Positions 47,808 to 56,658 of a stretch of 64,000 bases of DNA are shown here, piece after piece. Below the pieces are notes generated by a model, which saw nothing but the letters and a program-made list of their open reading frames with translations, did not search any database and was not told where the DNA came from. The stretch is taken from NCBI GenBank assembly GCA_018267285.1, contig JAFDYU010000006.1, positions 14,194 to 78,193 of the forward strand, read 5' to 3'. The stretch comes from Bacteroidota bacterium (GTDB taxonomy: Bacteria; Bacteroidota; Bacteroidia; Cytophagales; Cyclobacteriaceae). The first letter of the stretch is position 1, and each line of letters starts with the position of its first letter. The position numbers and the translations under genes were made by a program.

Positions 47808-48947
47808 ATGAAGATCATTTACCTGACTCCGGGTTGCTTTGACAAAGGGGGAATAAGTCGATATAATAGGTACCAGATCACGGCACTTCGCGAATTAAAA
47901 GGTTCACATAATGTGAAAGTCTGCTCGCTCCACGGACGAAAACCCGATGACTTTGAAGAACCATTTGATGTTGATTTTGCTGGGGGTGGCATTGGTGCGA
48001 TCAGTAAAATTCGTTTTGTGCTGTTCGTTGTCAAGAATTTCTTTTTTTGGCAACCTGATATCATTTGGATCGGACATGTGAATCTCTCAGGGATGGCCTA
48101 TTTGTTGTCGCGCATTTCGGGAGTTCGGGTTGTGCTGAATACGTATGGGCTGGAGGTCTGGAGCGGACTCACAAAAGATGCGGCCTATGGTTTGAGAAAA
48201 GCTCATTATGTTATTTCAGATTGCCATTTTACAGCCCGGTACCTGGAAGACGAGCAATGGCGTTCAAGAAATTCTGTTGTTGTGATCTGGGACTGCGTTG
48301 ATTTGAAGCGTTTCTTTCCAGCCGAAGCGAGCAAGGAGGCATTGACAAAATACGGCATTCCTGACCCTATACGCCACCAGCTAATAGTCACGCTTGGAAG
48401 AATGGCAAAGGTCGCTGCACATAAGGGATATGATCGATTGATCAGAACATTTGCTAAGATTCATCAAAAGTTTCCAGTGGCGCGATTGGTGTTGGCGGGA
48501 AAGGGAGATTGGATGGAAGAATTGAAACTTCTTGTTGATAACGTGGGGCTTACTAGTAAGGTAACGTTTACAGGAATGGTAGACGAGAAACATTTGGTGG
48601 ACATCTACAGGTCGGCTTATGTATTCTCCCTTGTGTCAGACAGAGGCAAAGGGCGCGGTGAAGGAATTCCCTTAACGCCACTCGAGGCGATGGCATGTGG
48701 TGCACCTGTAATCGTAGGCAATCAGGATGGGTCTCAAGAAGCAGTGACTGAAGAATTAAATGGTTTTGTAATCGATCCATTTGACCTTGAAGCGCACGCG
48801 ACAAGACTTTCTGCTTTGCTGGCTGATCGCCACCTCCGTCAGGAGAAGTCGCTAGGAGCAATTCAACGAGTGCACAACGAATTCGCATACGAAGGATTCA
48901 GAGAAAAGCACAAACTCTTTCTTCAAAAATACTTCACGGAGCAATGA
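47808..48947 (+). CDS. Glycosyltransferase family 4
   Basis: GRMAKVAAHKGYD…, EGIPLTPLEAMACGAPVIVGN and NGFVIDP. Confidence 0.85.
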   Translation: MKIIYLTPGCFDKGGISRYNRYQITALRELKGSHNVKVCSLHGRKPDDFEEPFDVDFAGGGIGAISKIRFVLFVVKNFFFWQPDIIWIGHVNLSGMAYLLSRISGVRVVLNTYGLEVWSGLTKDAAYGLRKAHYVISDCHFTARYLEDEQWRSRNSVVVIWDCVDLKRFFPAEASKEALTKYGIPDPIRHQLIVTLGRMAKVAAHKGYDRLIRTFAKIHQKFPVARLVLAGKGDWMEELKLLVDNVGLTSKVTFTGMVDEKHLVDIYRSAYVFSLVSDRGKGRGEGIPLTPLEAMACGAPVIVGNQDGSQEAVTEELNGFVIDPFDLEAHATRLSALLADRHLRQEKSLGAIQRVHNEFAYEGFREKHKLFLQKYFTEQ

Positions 48948-50122
48948 ATAAAGAGATAAAGATATTGGTAGTCTCTCATGCCTGCATACGGCAAATCAAT
49001 CGATCTGTGTATCGTGAGCTAGCCAACTCTATTCCTAATATTAAAGTTATTATTCCTCAAAAAGTGACAACGGCCTCAGGGTTAGAATTAAAATACGAGC
49101 CTGCAGCTGATCGTGATCCACAGTTAGTTCCGCTTGAGCTAAATGGAAACAATCCCAGGACTTACCTATACGATGGACTCGTTGATCAACTAAATCAATG
49201 GGGCCCGGATGTAGTGCTTATAGAGAACGACCCGGTATCTAAATTGACCTTCGTGTTGTCGAGCTGGTGTCGGAAGCACGGAAAAAAACTGATTTGTCAA
49301 ACGTACGAGAACACAAGACGCGGGGTGATTTCAACAATACGTGAACAAGGCTGGAAAGCCTTGCCAAAGAACCTTACTATTTATATGCTCAATAAGTGGA
49401 TGTCGCAAAAGGTCGATGCATTGCTGGTGGTTAACCGAGAGAGCGATTCGATTTTTAAAGAATACGGCTACAAGCAAGTAACGCTCATTCCACTTGGCTA
49501 TGATAAAAGTATCTTTTACCTCGAAGAATCGCTTAGGCAGAAATATCGTTCGCTGTTGCAAATTTCCCCAGATACTCCACTGATAGCCTATTTTGGAAGG
49601 ATGTCACGACAGAAGGGTGTGCACACCTTGATTCAGGCACTGTCGCAGTTGAAATCGGTGAAATGGAAGCTGCTGCTTGATCATGCTTTTGACCCGCAAA
49701 ATCAATATGCTACGTACATTCAGTCGTTAATCAAAGAAAATCAGTTAGAAGACCGCGTCATTTTTTTTGAGGCAAATCACTATGAGATTGCAAACTACAT
49801 GCGAGCAGCTGACGTTGCAGTGGCACCATCTATTACAACCAAAGAATTTAAAGAGCAGTACGGCAGAGCAGTTCAGGAAGCGATGGCTTGCGGATGCCTC
49901 TGTCTGGTCTCTGAATCAGGTCACTTGCCAGATTTAGTAAAAAATCCGAGCCTCGTATTCAATGAGAATTCAGTTGACGCCCTCAAACAATCTCTAATAA
50001 CGTGGTTGAATGATAAAATGGCAACTGAAAATTGTAAATTAGAGCTTGCGAATCGGGCGGCTGTGTTATTAACCACCGATTGTCAAGGTAGAACACTCGC
50101 TGAATTGATACAACGAATTTAA
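48944..50122 (+). CDS. Glycosyltransferase family 4
   Basis: FGRMSRQKGVHTL… and EQYGRAVQEAMACGCLCLVSESG. ATGA overlap with the upstream gene. Confidence 0.8.
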   Translation: MNKEIKILVVSHACIRQINRSVYRELANSIPNIKVIIPQKVTTASGLELKYEPAADRDPQLVPLELNGNNPRTYLYDGLVDQLNQWGPDVVLIENDPVSKLTFVLSSWCRKHGKKLICQTYENTRRGVISTIREQGWKALPKNLTIYMLNKWMSQKVDALLVVNRESDSIFKEYGYKQVTLIPLGYDKSIFYLEESLRQKYRSLLQISPDTPLIAYFGRMSRQKGVHTLIQALSQLKSVKWKLLLDHAFDPQNQYATYIQSLIKENQLEDRVIFFEANHYEIANYMRAADVAVAPSITTKEFKEQYGRAVQEAMACGCLCLVSESGHLPDLVKNPSLVFNENSVDALKQSLITWLNDKMATENCKLELANRAAVLLTTDCQGRTLAELIQRI

Positions 50123-50127
50123 ACTAG

Positions 50128-51420
50128 ATGGGACTTTTGACTTTAGGTGTATTGCTTACTTCTTACTTCTTGTTGATGCGGAAGGCTAGCAAAACGTTCC
50201 CCATATTACACCTATTTTTCTTTTTCTATTTTCTTCAATACATTTTTACGAGTTATGTCATTTACAATAACTATCGTGAGTTGAAAGCGTACATGCCGAT
50301 TTCGCAGGAGATGTATTTTAGTTATACTTTGCCTGCAATATTTTTTTTATTTCTCGGTGTTTTCCTGTTTCAAAAGGAAGTCAACATTAAGGAATACATC
50401 CATAAAATTTCTGCGAAAGATGCGCAGAAACTGGGTTACGTTCTTTTGCTGATTTCGCTTTTTTTTGATGGACTAAGCTTTATAGGCATTCCCGCGATCG
50501 GTTCAGTGGCTTCATTTACTGGGCAATTGAAATATCTTGCGGCATTTTGTTTTTTATTCTCGGGTTCACTATTTAGTTACTTTTTGATTGGCTTGATCTA
50601 TATCGAGCTGGCAGTTCTAGTTTTGAGGACAGGGGTTTTTGTAAGCTTTTTTATATGGTCTCTTTATCTGGTTGTTTTCTTTGGTTTGAAGTATTCAGTG
50701 TCTTTTTGGATTAGGTTTTTGTCTTTCTTTTTATTTATCCCGGTGATTATCACAATACAAGGCGTAAAGGAGGATTATAGAAAAAGAGTATGGAGCGGCA
50801 AGGAAGAGGGGAGTATTGGACTTATTTCGGACTTGGCAGAGAAACATAAACCAAAGGATGATGAACCTTTTTCCAGGTCGAAAGGTATTGTTCGAACAAT
50901 TGGGCGGCTATGTGAAGGGTGGCACCTGGGGCTCACGTTGAAGCAAGTGCCAAAAAAGGTGCCGATTTCGCAAGGCAAGGAGATGCTTGCTGATATTGGC
51001 TCATCCGTGATTCCACGACTAATTGTAGCAGACAAAAAATCCGTAAATTCACAGGAAAAATTTTTTAAATACACTGGTCATAAGCTGCGTGGCAAAACAT
51101 CGATGTCGATAGGGGTGCTGGGAGATTTTTACATAAATTTTGGCAGGTATGGCTCCTATATAGGATTGTTTATTTTTGGAGCATTCATTTCTTTTTTTGT
51201 TCGTTGGTTTACTGTTAAGTATGTCATACCAGATCCCATAAACATTATCTGGATACCATTTATTCTCAGCTATCTCATCCGGGCCAACAATGATTTTTAC
51301 ATTTTCCTTAATGCGCTGGTAAAGGGATTTATTATTTTCCTTGCAATAGATTATGCTCGCTATAATTTTTTAGGTGAACGCAAAAAGAAGTTAGATACTC
51401 AATTTCCCGTGCCATCTTGA
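50128..51420 (+). CDS. Polytopic membrane protein, putative Wzy-like O-antigen/EPS polymerase
   Basis: 430 aa with about 10 predicted TM helices and one long hydrophilic loop (about aa 215-330). No family motif could be verified by eye, so the call rests on topology and context. Confidence 0.45.
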   Translation: MGLLTLGVLLTSYFLLMRKASKTFPILHLFFFFYFLQYIFTSYVIYNNYRELKAYMPISQEMYFSYTLPAIFFLFLGVFLFQKEVNIKEYIHKISAKDAQKLGYVLLLISLFFDGLSFIGIPAIGSVASFTGQLKYLAAFCFLFSGSLFSYFLIGLIYIELAVLVLRTGVFVSFFIWSLYLVVFFGLKYSVSFWIRFLSFFLFIPVIITIQGVKEDYRKRVWSGKEEGSIGLISDLAEKHKPKDDEPFSRSKGIVRTIGRLCEGWHLGLTLKQVPKKVPISQGKEMLADIGSSVIPRLIVADKKSVNSQEKFFKYTGHKLRGKTSMSIGVLGDFYINFGRYGSYIGLFIFGAFISFFVRWFTVKYVIPDPINIIWIPFILSYLIRANNDFYIFLNALVKGFIIFLAIDYARYNFLGERKKKLDTQFPVPS

Positions 51421-52535
51421 AGCGCATTCTCATTTTGTATTCTCATTTTCCGCCAGCTTTCAAAGGAGGTGGGCCAATACAGTCTCTCGCTAATCTGGTA
51501 GAATTACTACAACACGATTTTCAAATCCGAGTGGTCTGTAGTGCGTATGATCTGCAAGAGACACAATTACTTAAAGGGATTGTTCCTGATGTTTGGAATA
51601 GTTATCTCGATAATGTTGAGGTGTTCTATGCGACAGGAAGTGGAGGGGCGGCTGTAATTGATGCTATTAGAGTCTGTAACACCGATATTATTTTTATTAA
51701 TGGCATTTTTCTCCCGGTTTATAATTGGCTTCCTCTTATATGGATCAACAAGAAAAAGCAACGAGTAATAATGTCCCCAAGGGGGATGCTTCATACAGGT
51801 GCTCTTGCAGTTAAGCCGATAAAGAAAATTTTTTTTTTGAAACTCTTTAAGTTTTTCAGGTTGCATAAGGGCATTCTTTGGCACGCAACGGATGCTCAGG
51901 AGAGGGAAGATATTAAGAAAACTTTTGGCGAGAATGCGCTAGTGACCGTTGCGGCTAATATCCCCAAGCATCCGGTATCGTTTTATCGAGAGGGAAAGAA
52001 GGTTGGAGCGCTTAGAATGGTTTTTTTGTCGTTAATAACAGAAAAGAAGAATCTACATATAGTACTGGAGGCCTTAAAGCTTTTGAAAACCAGGATTCAT
52101 TTTGATATTTATGGCCCGGTAAAGGATCATTACTATTGGCAAAAGTGCCAAAGGCTTTTTCAAAAGCAAATTCATGAGATAACTTATAGAGGTTTGGTTA
52201 ACCCAACCGAAGTACAGCGTAAATTATCCGAATATGATTTATTTATTCTTCCAAGCAAAGGGGAGAATTTCGGACACGCTATTTATGAAGCCTTGAGTGT
52301 TGGTACACCAGTTTTGCTAAGCAAGTATACTCCTTGGGGAGATGTACAAATGAAGAATGCCGGTGTAACTATTGCCAACTATGAAGTAAAATCTTGGGCA
52401 TCCGGCATAAACCAGTTTGTTGAAATGGGACAAGAAGAACACTCCATTCATAGCCAAGGTGCAACTGAACTCGCGAAAGACTACTTTAACTCGAAAGATT
52501 TTAAGTCTGAGTACCTCAAGCTATTTTTGAGTTAA
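51417..52535 (+). CDS. Glycosyltransferase family 4
   Basis: ILILYSHFPPAFKGGGPIQS…, PSKGENFGHAIYEALSVGTPVLLS. TTG start overlapping the upstream stop. Confidence 0.8.
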   Translation: MKRILILYSHFPPAFKGGGPIQSLANLVELLQHDFQIRVVCSAYDLQETQLLKGIVPDVWNSYLDNVEVFYATGSGGAAVIDAIRVCNTDIIFINGIFLPVYNWLPLIWINKKKQRVIMSPRGMLHTGALAVKPIKKIFFLKLFKFFRLHKGILWHATDAQEREDIKKTFGENALVTVAANIPKHPVSFYREGKKVGALRMVFLSLITEKKNLHIVLEALKLLKTRIHFDIYGPVKDHYYWQKCQRLFQKQIHEITYRGLVNPTEVQRKLSEYDLFILPSKGENFGHAIYEALSVGTPVLLSKYTPWGDVQMKNAGVTIANYEVKSWASGINQFVEMGQEEHSIHSQGATELAKDYFNSKDFKSEYLKLFLS

Positions 52536-52607
52536 AAAGAAGGGTTCTATTACCCTATTGTTGATAGAATTCCCATTCTTATCGCTGAAGAGCGCCAAGG
52601 GCACTAA
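52536..52607 (+). pseudogene. Start-less C-terminal relic resembling a Trm112/UPF0434 (YcaR)-family small protein
   Basis: The frame reads KEGFYYPIVDRIPILIAEERQGH*, directly after an in-frame TAA with no start codon. The P-I-x-D-x-I-P-x-L-x3-E-x-R pattern matches the conserved C-terminal motif of Trm112-like proteins. Confidence 0.4.
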
Positions 52608-52674
52608 TCTTTTTTTAGAAAACGATTTTAGAGACCACTCATAAAATCATAGTTTTGAATTTTCTAAAACCACT

Positions 52675-54402
52675 ATGATCATCCTCGGACTTAACGCTTA
52701 CCACGCAGATTCATCAGCAGCCATTTTTAAAGATGGAATTTTAATAGCCGCCACGGAAGAAGAACGCTTTCGCAGAATAAAACACTGGGCAGGTTTCCCA
52801 AGTGAAGCGATAAAGTTTTGCTTACACGAAGCAGGCGTTACGCTGGATCAAGTAGATCACATTTGCATAGGCCGCGACCCAAAAGCCAAGTTTTGGAAGA
52901 AGGTGCAGTTTGTGCTTAAAAATGTGCACAAGAAAAACACGTTATTGACTGATCGGATCAAGAATACCAAGAAGATTGCTTCCATAGAGAATGAACTGGC
53001 AACACTCAGTGGTTTGAGCGAGTCAGTTATTAGACCAAAGATTGTAAACGTAGAACATCACCGTGCCCATTTAGCATCAGCTTTTTTTGCGAGCCCTTTT
53101 AACGAAGCCGCGATCTTGTCGATTGATGGATCGGGAGATTTTACTACGACCATGATCGCCACCGGCAAGGGCAATCAAATCAACGTAATCGATTCTGTAG
53201 ACTTTCCTGTTTCCGCAGGATTGTTTTATACGGCCTTCACACAATATCTCGGTTTTCCACACTATGGAGACGAATATAAAGTGATGGGTTTGGCACCTTA
53301 TGGAAACCCTGTTTATGCAGATGAAATCAAAAAGTCATTGAAGTTCACCGATAATGGATTGTTTAACTGGGATGAAGATTACTTTGCCAACGCCACACAA
53401 ATCAAGCTGGATTACTCAACGCATGTGGCCGACACCTCAACTCTATATGGAAAAAAGATTGTAGAGGTATTCGGAGAGCCGCGCAAAGCGGGAGAGGAGC
53501 TTACACAAAAACATAAAGACATTGCCGCCAGCGTGCAACGTGTGTGCGAAGAATTGATTTTTCATATTTTAAATCACCTTTACAAAAAGACAGGGTTAAA
53601 AAATATTTGTATCGCTGGTGGTGTGGCACAAAATTCAGTTGCCAACGGAAAAATTTTGGAAAACACCGGATTCGAAAACCTGTACATCCCTTCGGCAGGC
53701 CATGATGCGGGGATTAGTATGGGGAGTGCCTTGTATGTGTACAATCATTTGCTGAAGAAGGAAAGAGCCCCAGCCATTTACAGTGCATATACCGGCAGCA
53801 AGTTTTCGAACGATGAGATTGAAGAATTTTTAAAAGGGCGAAACATCATTTTTGAACGACTCGATGACGATAAGCTGTTTGATCGGATCGTGGATAAATT
53901 GATTGAACCGGGTGTAGTGGGCTGGTTTAATGGCCGCGCTGAGTTTGGACCACGAGCTCTTGGCGCAAGATCCATTATTGCCGATCCCAGAAATCCGAAA
54001 GCTAAAGAACTGTTGAACTCCAAGATTAAACGCAGAGAGAGTTTCCGCCCGTTTGCGCCTTCTATCCTCAACGAATACACCCGTGAATATTTTGAAAAAG
54101 TGGAAGAGGTTCCTTTTATGGAGAAAGTTTTTCCGATAAAAAAAGAAAAAAGAGAAACTATTCCGGCTGTTACTCACGTAGATGGCACTGGTCGCTTGCA
54201 AACCGTGAGGAAGGAAGTGTCTCCGAGATACCATGCACTCATCGAAAAATTCAGACAAAAAACGGGCGTACCTATTTTATTAAACACTTCGTTTAACGAA
54301 AACGAACCTATTGTTAACACGCCACAAGAAGCTTTGGATTGTTTTTTGAGAACTCAAATGGATATGCTGGTGCTCGAGAACTGTGTGGTAGAGCGCAAAT
54401 AA
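52675..54402 (+). CDS. NodU/CmcH-family carbamoyltransferase
   Basis: 575 aa. ILGLNAYHADSSAAIFKDGILIAATEEERFRRIKHWAGFP, a central GGVAQNSVANG and C-terminal LLNTSFNENEPIV. Confidence 0.9.
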   Translation: MIILGLNAYHADSSAAIFKDGILIAATEEERFRRIKHWAGFPSEAIKFCLHEAGVTLDQVDHICIGRDPKAKFWKKVQFVLKNVHKKNTLLTDRIKNTKKIASIENELATLSGLSESVIRPKIVNVEHHRAHLASAFFASPFNEAAILSIDGSGDFTTTMIATGKGNQINVIDSVDFPVSAGLFYTAFTQYLGFPHYGDEYKVMGLAPYGNPVYADEIKKSLKFTDNGLFNWDEDYFANATQIKLDYSTHVADTSTLYGKKIVEVFGEPRKAGEELTQKHKDIAASVQRVCEELIFHILNHLYKKTGLKNICIAGGVAQNSVANGKILENTGFENLYIPSAGHDAGISMGSALYVYNHLLKKERAPAIYSAYTGSKFSNDEIEEFLKGRNIIFERLDDDKLFDRIVDKLIEPGVVGWFNGRAEFGPRALGARSIIADPRNPKAKELLNSKIKRRESFRPFAPSILNEYTREYFEKVEEVPFMEKVFPIKKEKRETIPAVTHVDGTGRLQTVRKEVSPRYHALIEKFRQKTGVPILLNTSFNENEPIVNTPQEALDCFLRTQMDMLVLENCVVERK

Positions 54403-54466
54403 TATTTCGAAAAATTTATTTTGAACTATTTTGTAGGAGCAACGGTTTTACTACAAATTATAGTAG

Positions 54467-55153
54467 ATGACAAAACCGTTCGTTAAAATAGATGTAATAT
54501 CTGATTTGGTGTGCCCGTGGTGCTACATTGGAAAGAGAAGGCTGGAAAGAGCAATTGATCAATTAAAAGACAAAATCGAAGTTGAGGTAGAGTACCACCC
54601 GTTCGAACTTAATGCCGATACACCAAAAGAAGGCGTCAACCATAAAGAATACCTGCTTAACAAATTTGGCAGTACAGAACGGTATGAGCAAATCCATAAC
54701 CACGTAACTAAAATTGCGCTGCAAGAAGATATAAAATTCAATTTTTCTGATGCCCTGGTAACGCCCAACACGTTTGATGCACATCGGTTGATCGCTTTTG
54801 CAAAACTTCACAACAAGCAAAAAGAAATCAAAGAAGCGTTGATGAGCGCTTTCTTTGAAAAAAATATTGACCTGACACAAAACAAAAACCTTGTTGCGAT
54901 CGCTTCCGATTGTGGTCTTAACGCAAATGATGTTGAAAAATTTTTAGCGAGCGATGATCTTTCTCACCAAATAAGAGAGGCGGAAAAGTTAAATTACAAA
55001 AGGGGTATTTCGGGAGTTCCGTTTTACATTGTTAACAATAAATACGGTGTTTCGGGTGCGCAGCCAACCGAAACTTTTGTTAAGCTACTAACCGAAGTCA
55101 GTGCAGAAAGTCTGCAAGGCGAGGTGTGCGATGTAGCTGAAAAGAATTGTTAG
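54467..55153 (+). CDS. DsbA-family (FrnE-like) thiol-disulfide oxidoreductase
   Basis: CPWCYIG active site near the N-terminus, GVPFYIVNNKY…GAQ near the C-terminus. 228 aa. Confidence 0.85.
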   Translation: MTKPFVKIDVISDLVCPWCYIGKRRLERAIDQLKDKIEVEVEYHPFELNADTPKEGVNHKEYLLNKFGSTERYEQIHNHVTKIALQEDIKFNFSDALVTPNTFDAHRLIAFAKLHNKQKEIKEALMSAFFEKNIDLTQNKNLVAIASDCGLNANDVEKFLASDDLSHQIREAEKLNYKRGISGVPFYIVNNKYGVSGAQPTETFVKLLTEVSAESLQGEVCDVAEKNC

Positions 55154-55160
55154 CGTATTT

Positions 55161-56474
55161 TTATTTTTTGCGACTAGGCCCCGAGCCATCGTTCTCGCGG
55201 TGTGGCAAATTCTTAGCTTCAATATGTGCTGTCCAAATACTGGTTTTACCGTTGTCATTTTGCGTCCAGATTGGTGCGATGAGGCCATCATGCGCATCGA
55301 TGTGGCATGTGCCGTTAAAAATTTTTCCTGTTTCAGGAGAAAACGGGCTTTCGCTGATCTTAACCTCATCGAAAGAATTTCCGCCATCCACAGAGTAGGC
55401 AAGGTAAACATCGGTTTGCAGGTTGTCGTAATTTCTTCGATCATAATAAACGACATAAACGTTCCCGTTAGTAGGGTCAACCGAAATCCAGGGGTGAAAC
55501 TGATGTTTGCCCGGCTCGTCTTTGTTTACGCGCACCGGCTCAGACCAATAGTCGCCATGGTTGCGCGAGCGGATAATCCAGATGTCGGTGTCGTCTTTGC
55601 CCATCGATTGGTCAGCCCACAGCAGGTAAAGCGTTCCTTTAAAAAGTCCGTTGGAATTATCTATTGACAGCAACGGCAAACTAGTGTAGCTCTGCACTCC
55701 CGGTATTTCAATAGACCAGTCAATGGGCTTTTTGAATACGGTTAAATCAGTATCAAGCCATGTGTTGCCATCGTCATACGAACGATCAAAATAAATCTTT
55801 TTTTCGTGTGCCCATGCCGAATACATTTTCCCATCCGTACCAATCGCAAGTGGGGCGTTTGCCATGGTGTTGTCGTAGTTCTCGCAGCCTCCGGAGTTTT
55901 TATTTACTTGGCTGGGGCTCGACCATTTATTTCCGTTCATTGATTTGCTAACGAAAATATTGGATTGGCAACCGGGCTCATTTTTTTCTTTTTTATTGAA
56001 CTGTGTGTAGGATACAAATACAGAATTTTTTTTGGGATGAGCCAAAGGCCAGGCATTACGCTGAGCGACCTCGGAGTTGTTTTCTATGAAAGTTCCTGGA
56101 CTAAACATGGTTTCTTCTTGAAGGTAGTTCTGGCATGCGATGCGGTAAGGCAGCTCACCCGTATTGCTATTATTCAGAATATCGGGAACGTGAAAATAAA
56201 ACAAGGAGCCTTTCGAATTAGAAACAACATAAGGATAAAAGCCCGAACCGGATAATGATTTGAGTGTTTTCTCGTTCCAGGTTTTACCGCCATCGTTGGA
56301 AATCACGAAACTTTCAGCCACAATTCCGGCCACAATATTTTCAGCATTTTTTTTATTTATGGTAATGGTAGGTCTGGGGTTGGTGGTCTGCTCAACGAGC
56401 TTAACATTTTTGTACTGCGAATAAGCAGGGATAGAGAGTGTAACTATTATACTAATAAACATTTTGTTTTTCAT
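55161..56474 (-). CDS. Secreted BNR/Asp-box repeat protein (sialidase-like beta-propeller)
   Basis: Signal peptide from the internal start MKNKMFISIIVTLSIPAYSQ. Asp-box motifs SNDGGKTW, SYDDGNTW, SRNHGDYW and SVDGGNSF. Confidence 0.75.
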   Translation of the reverse strand: MKNKMFISIIVTLSIPAYSQYKNVKLVEQTTNPRPTITINKKNAENIVAGIVAESFVISNDGGKTWNEKTLKSLSGSGFYPYVVSNSKGSLFYFHVPDILNNSNTGELPYRIACQNYLQEETMFSPGTFIENNSEVAQRNAWPLAHPKKNSVFVSYTQFNKKEKNEPGCQSNIFVSKSMNGNKWSSPSQVNKNSGGCENYDNTMANAPLAIGTDGKMYSAWAHEKKIYFDRSYDDGNTWLDTDLTVFKKPIDWSIEIPGVQSYTSLPLLSIDNSNGLFKGTLYLLWADQSMGKDDTDIWIIRSRNHGDYWSEPVRVNKDEPGKHQFHPWISVDPTNGNVYVVYYDRRNYDNLQTDVYLAYSVDGGNSFDEVKISESPFSPETGKIFNGTCHIDAHDGLIAPIWTQNDNGKTSIWTAHIEAKNLPHRENDGSGPSRKK

Positions 56475-56658
56475 AACACCCTGAAACATGGAATACAATT
56501 CTCACTAATATTTCTATTTAATCAAAAAGATTGTTTACTTGATTTTTATTTACCTCCATTTTAATATCTGATGTTACGTCAGCTTTTCAATCATAGTCAG
56601 TCTCTCCGAAGGATTCCTATGGACAATTTGACAACTAACATCAGCTAATATACCCTCT

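Noticed and set aside
54430-54457. AT-rich hairpin TTTGTAG-N14-CTACAAA after the carbamoyltransferase stop, considered as the locus terminator
   Set aside because: It has only 7 mostly A-T pairs, a 14-nt loop and no T tract. That is too weak to call from sequence alone.
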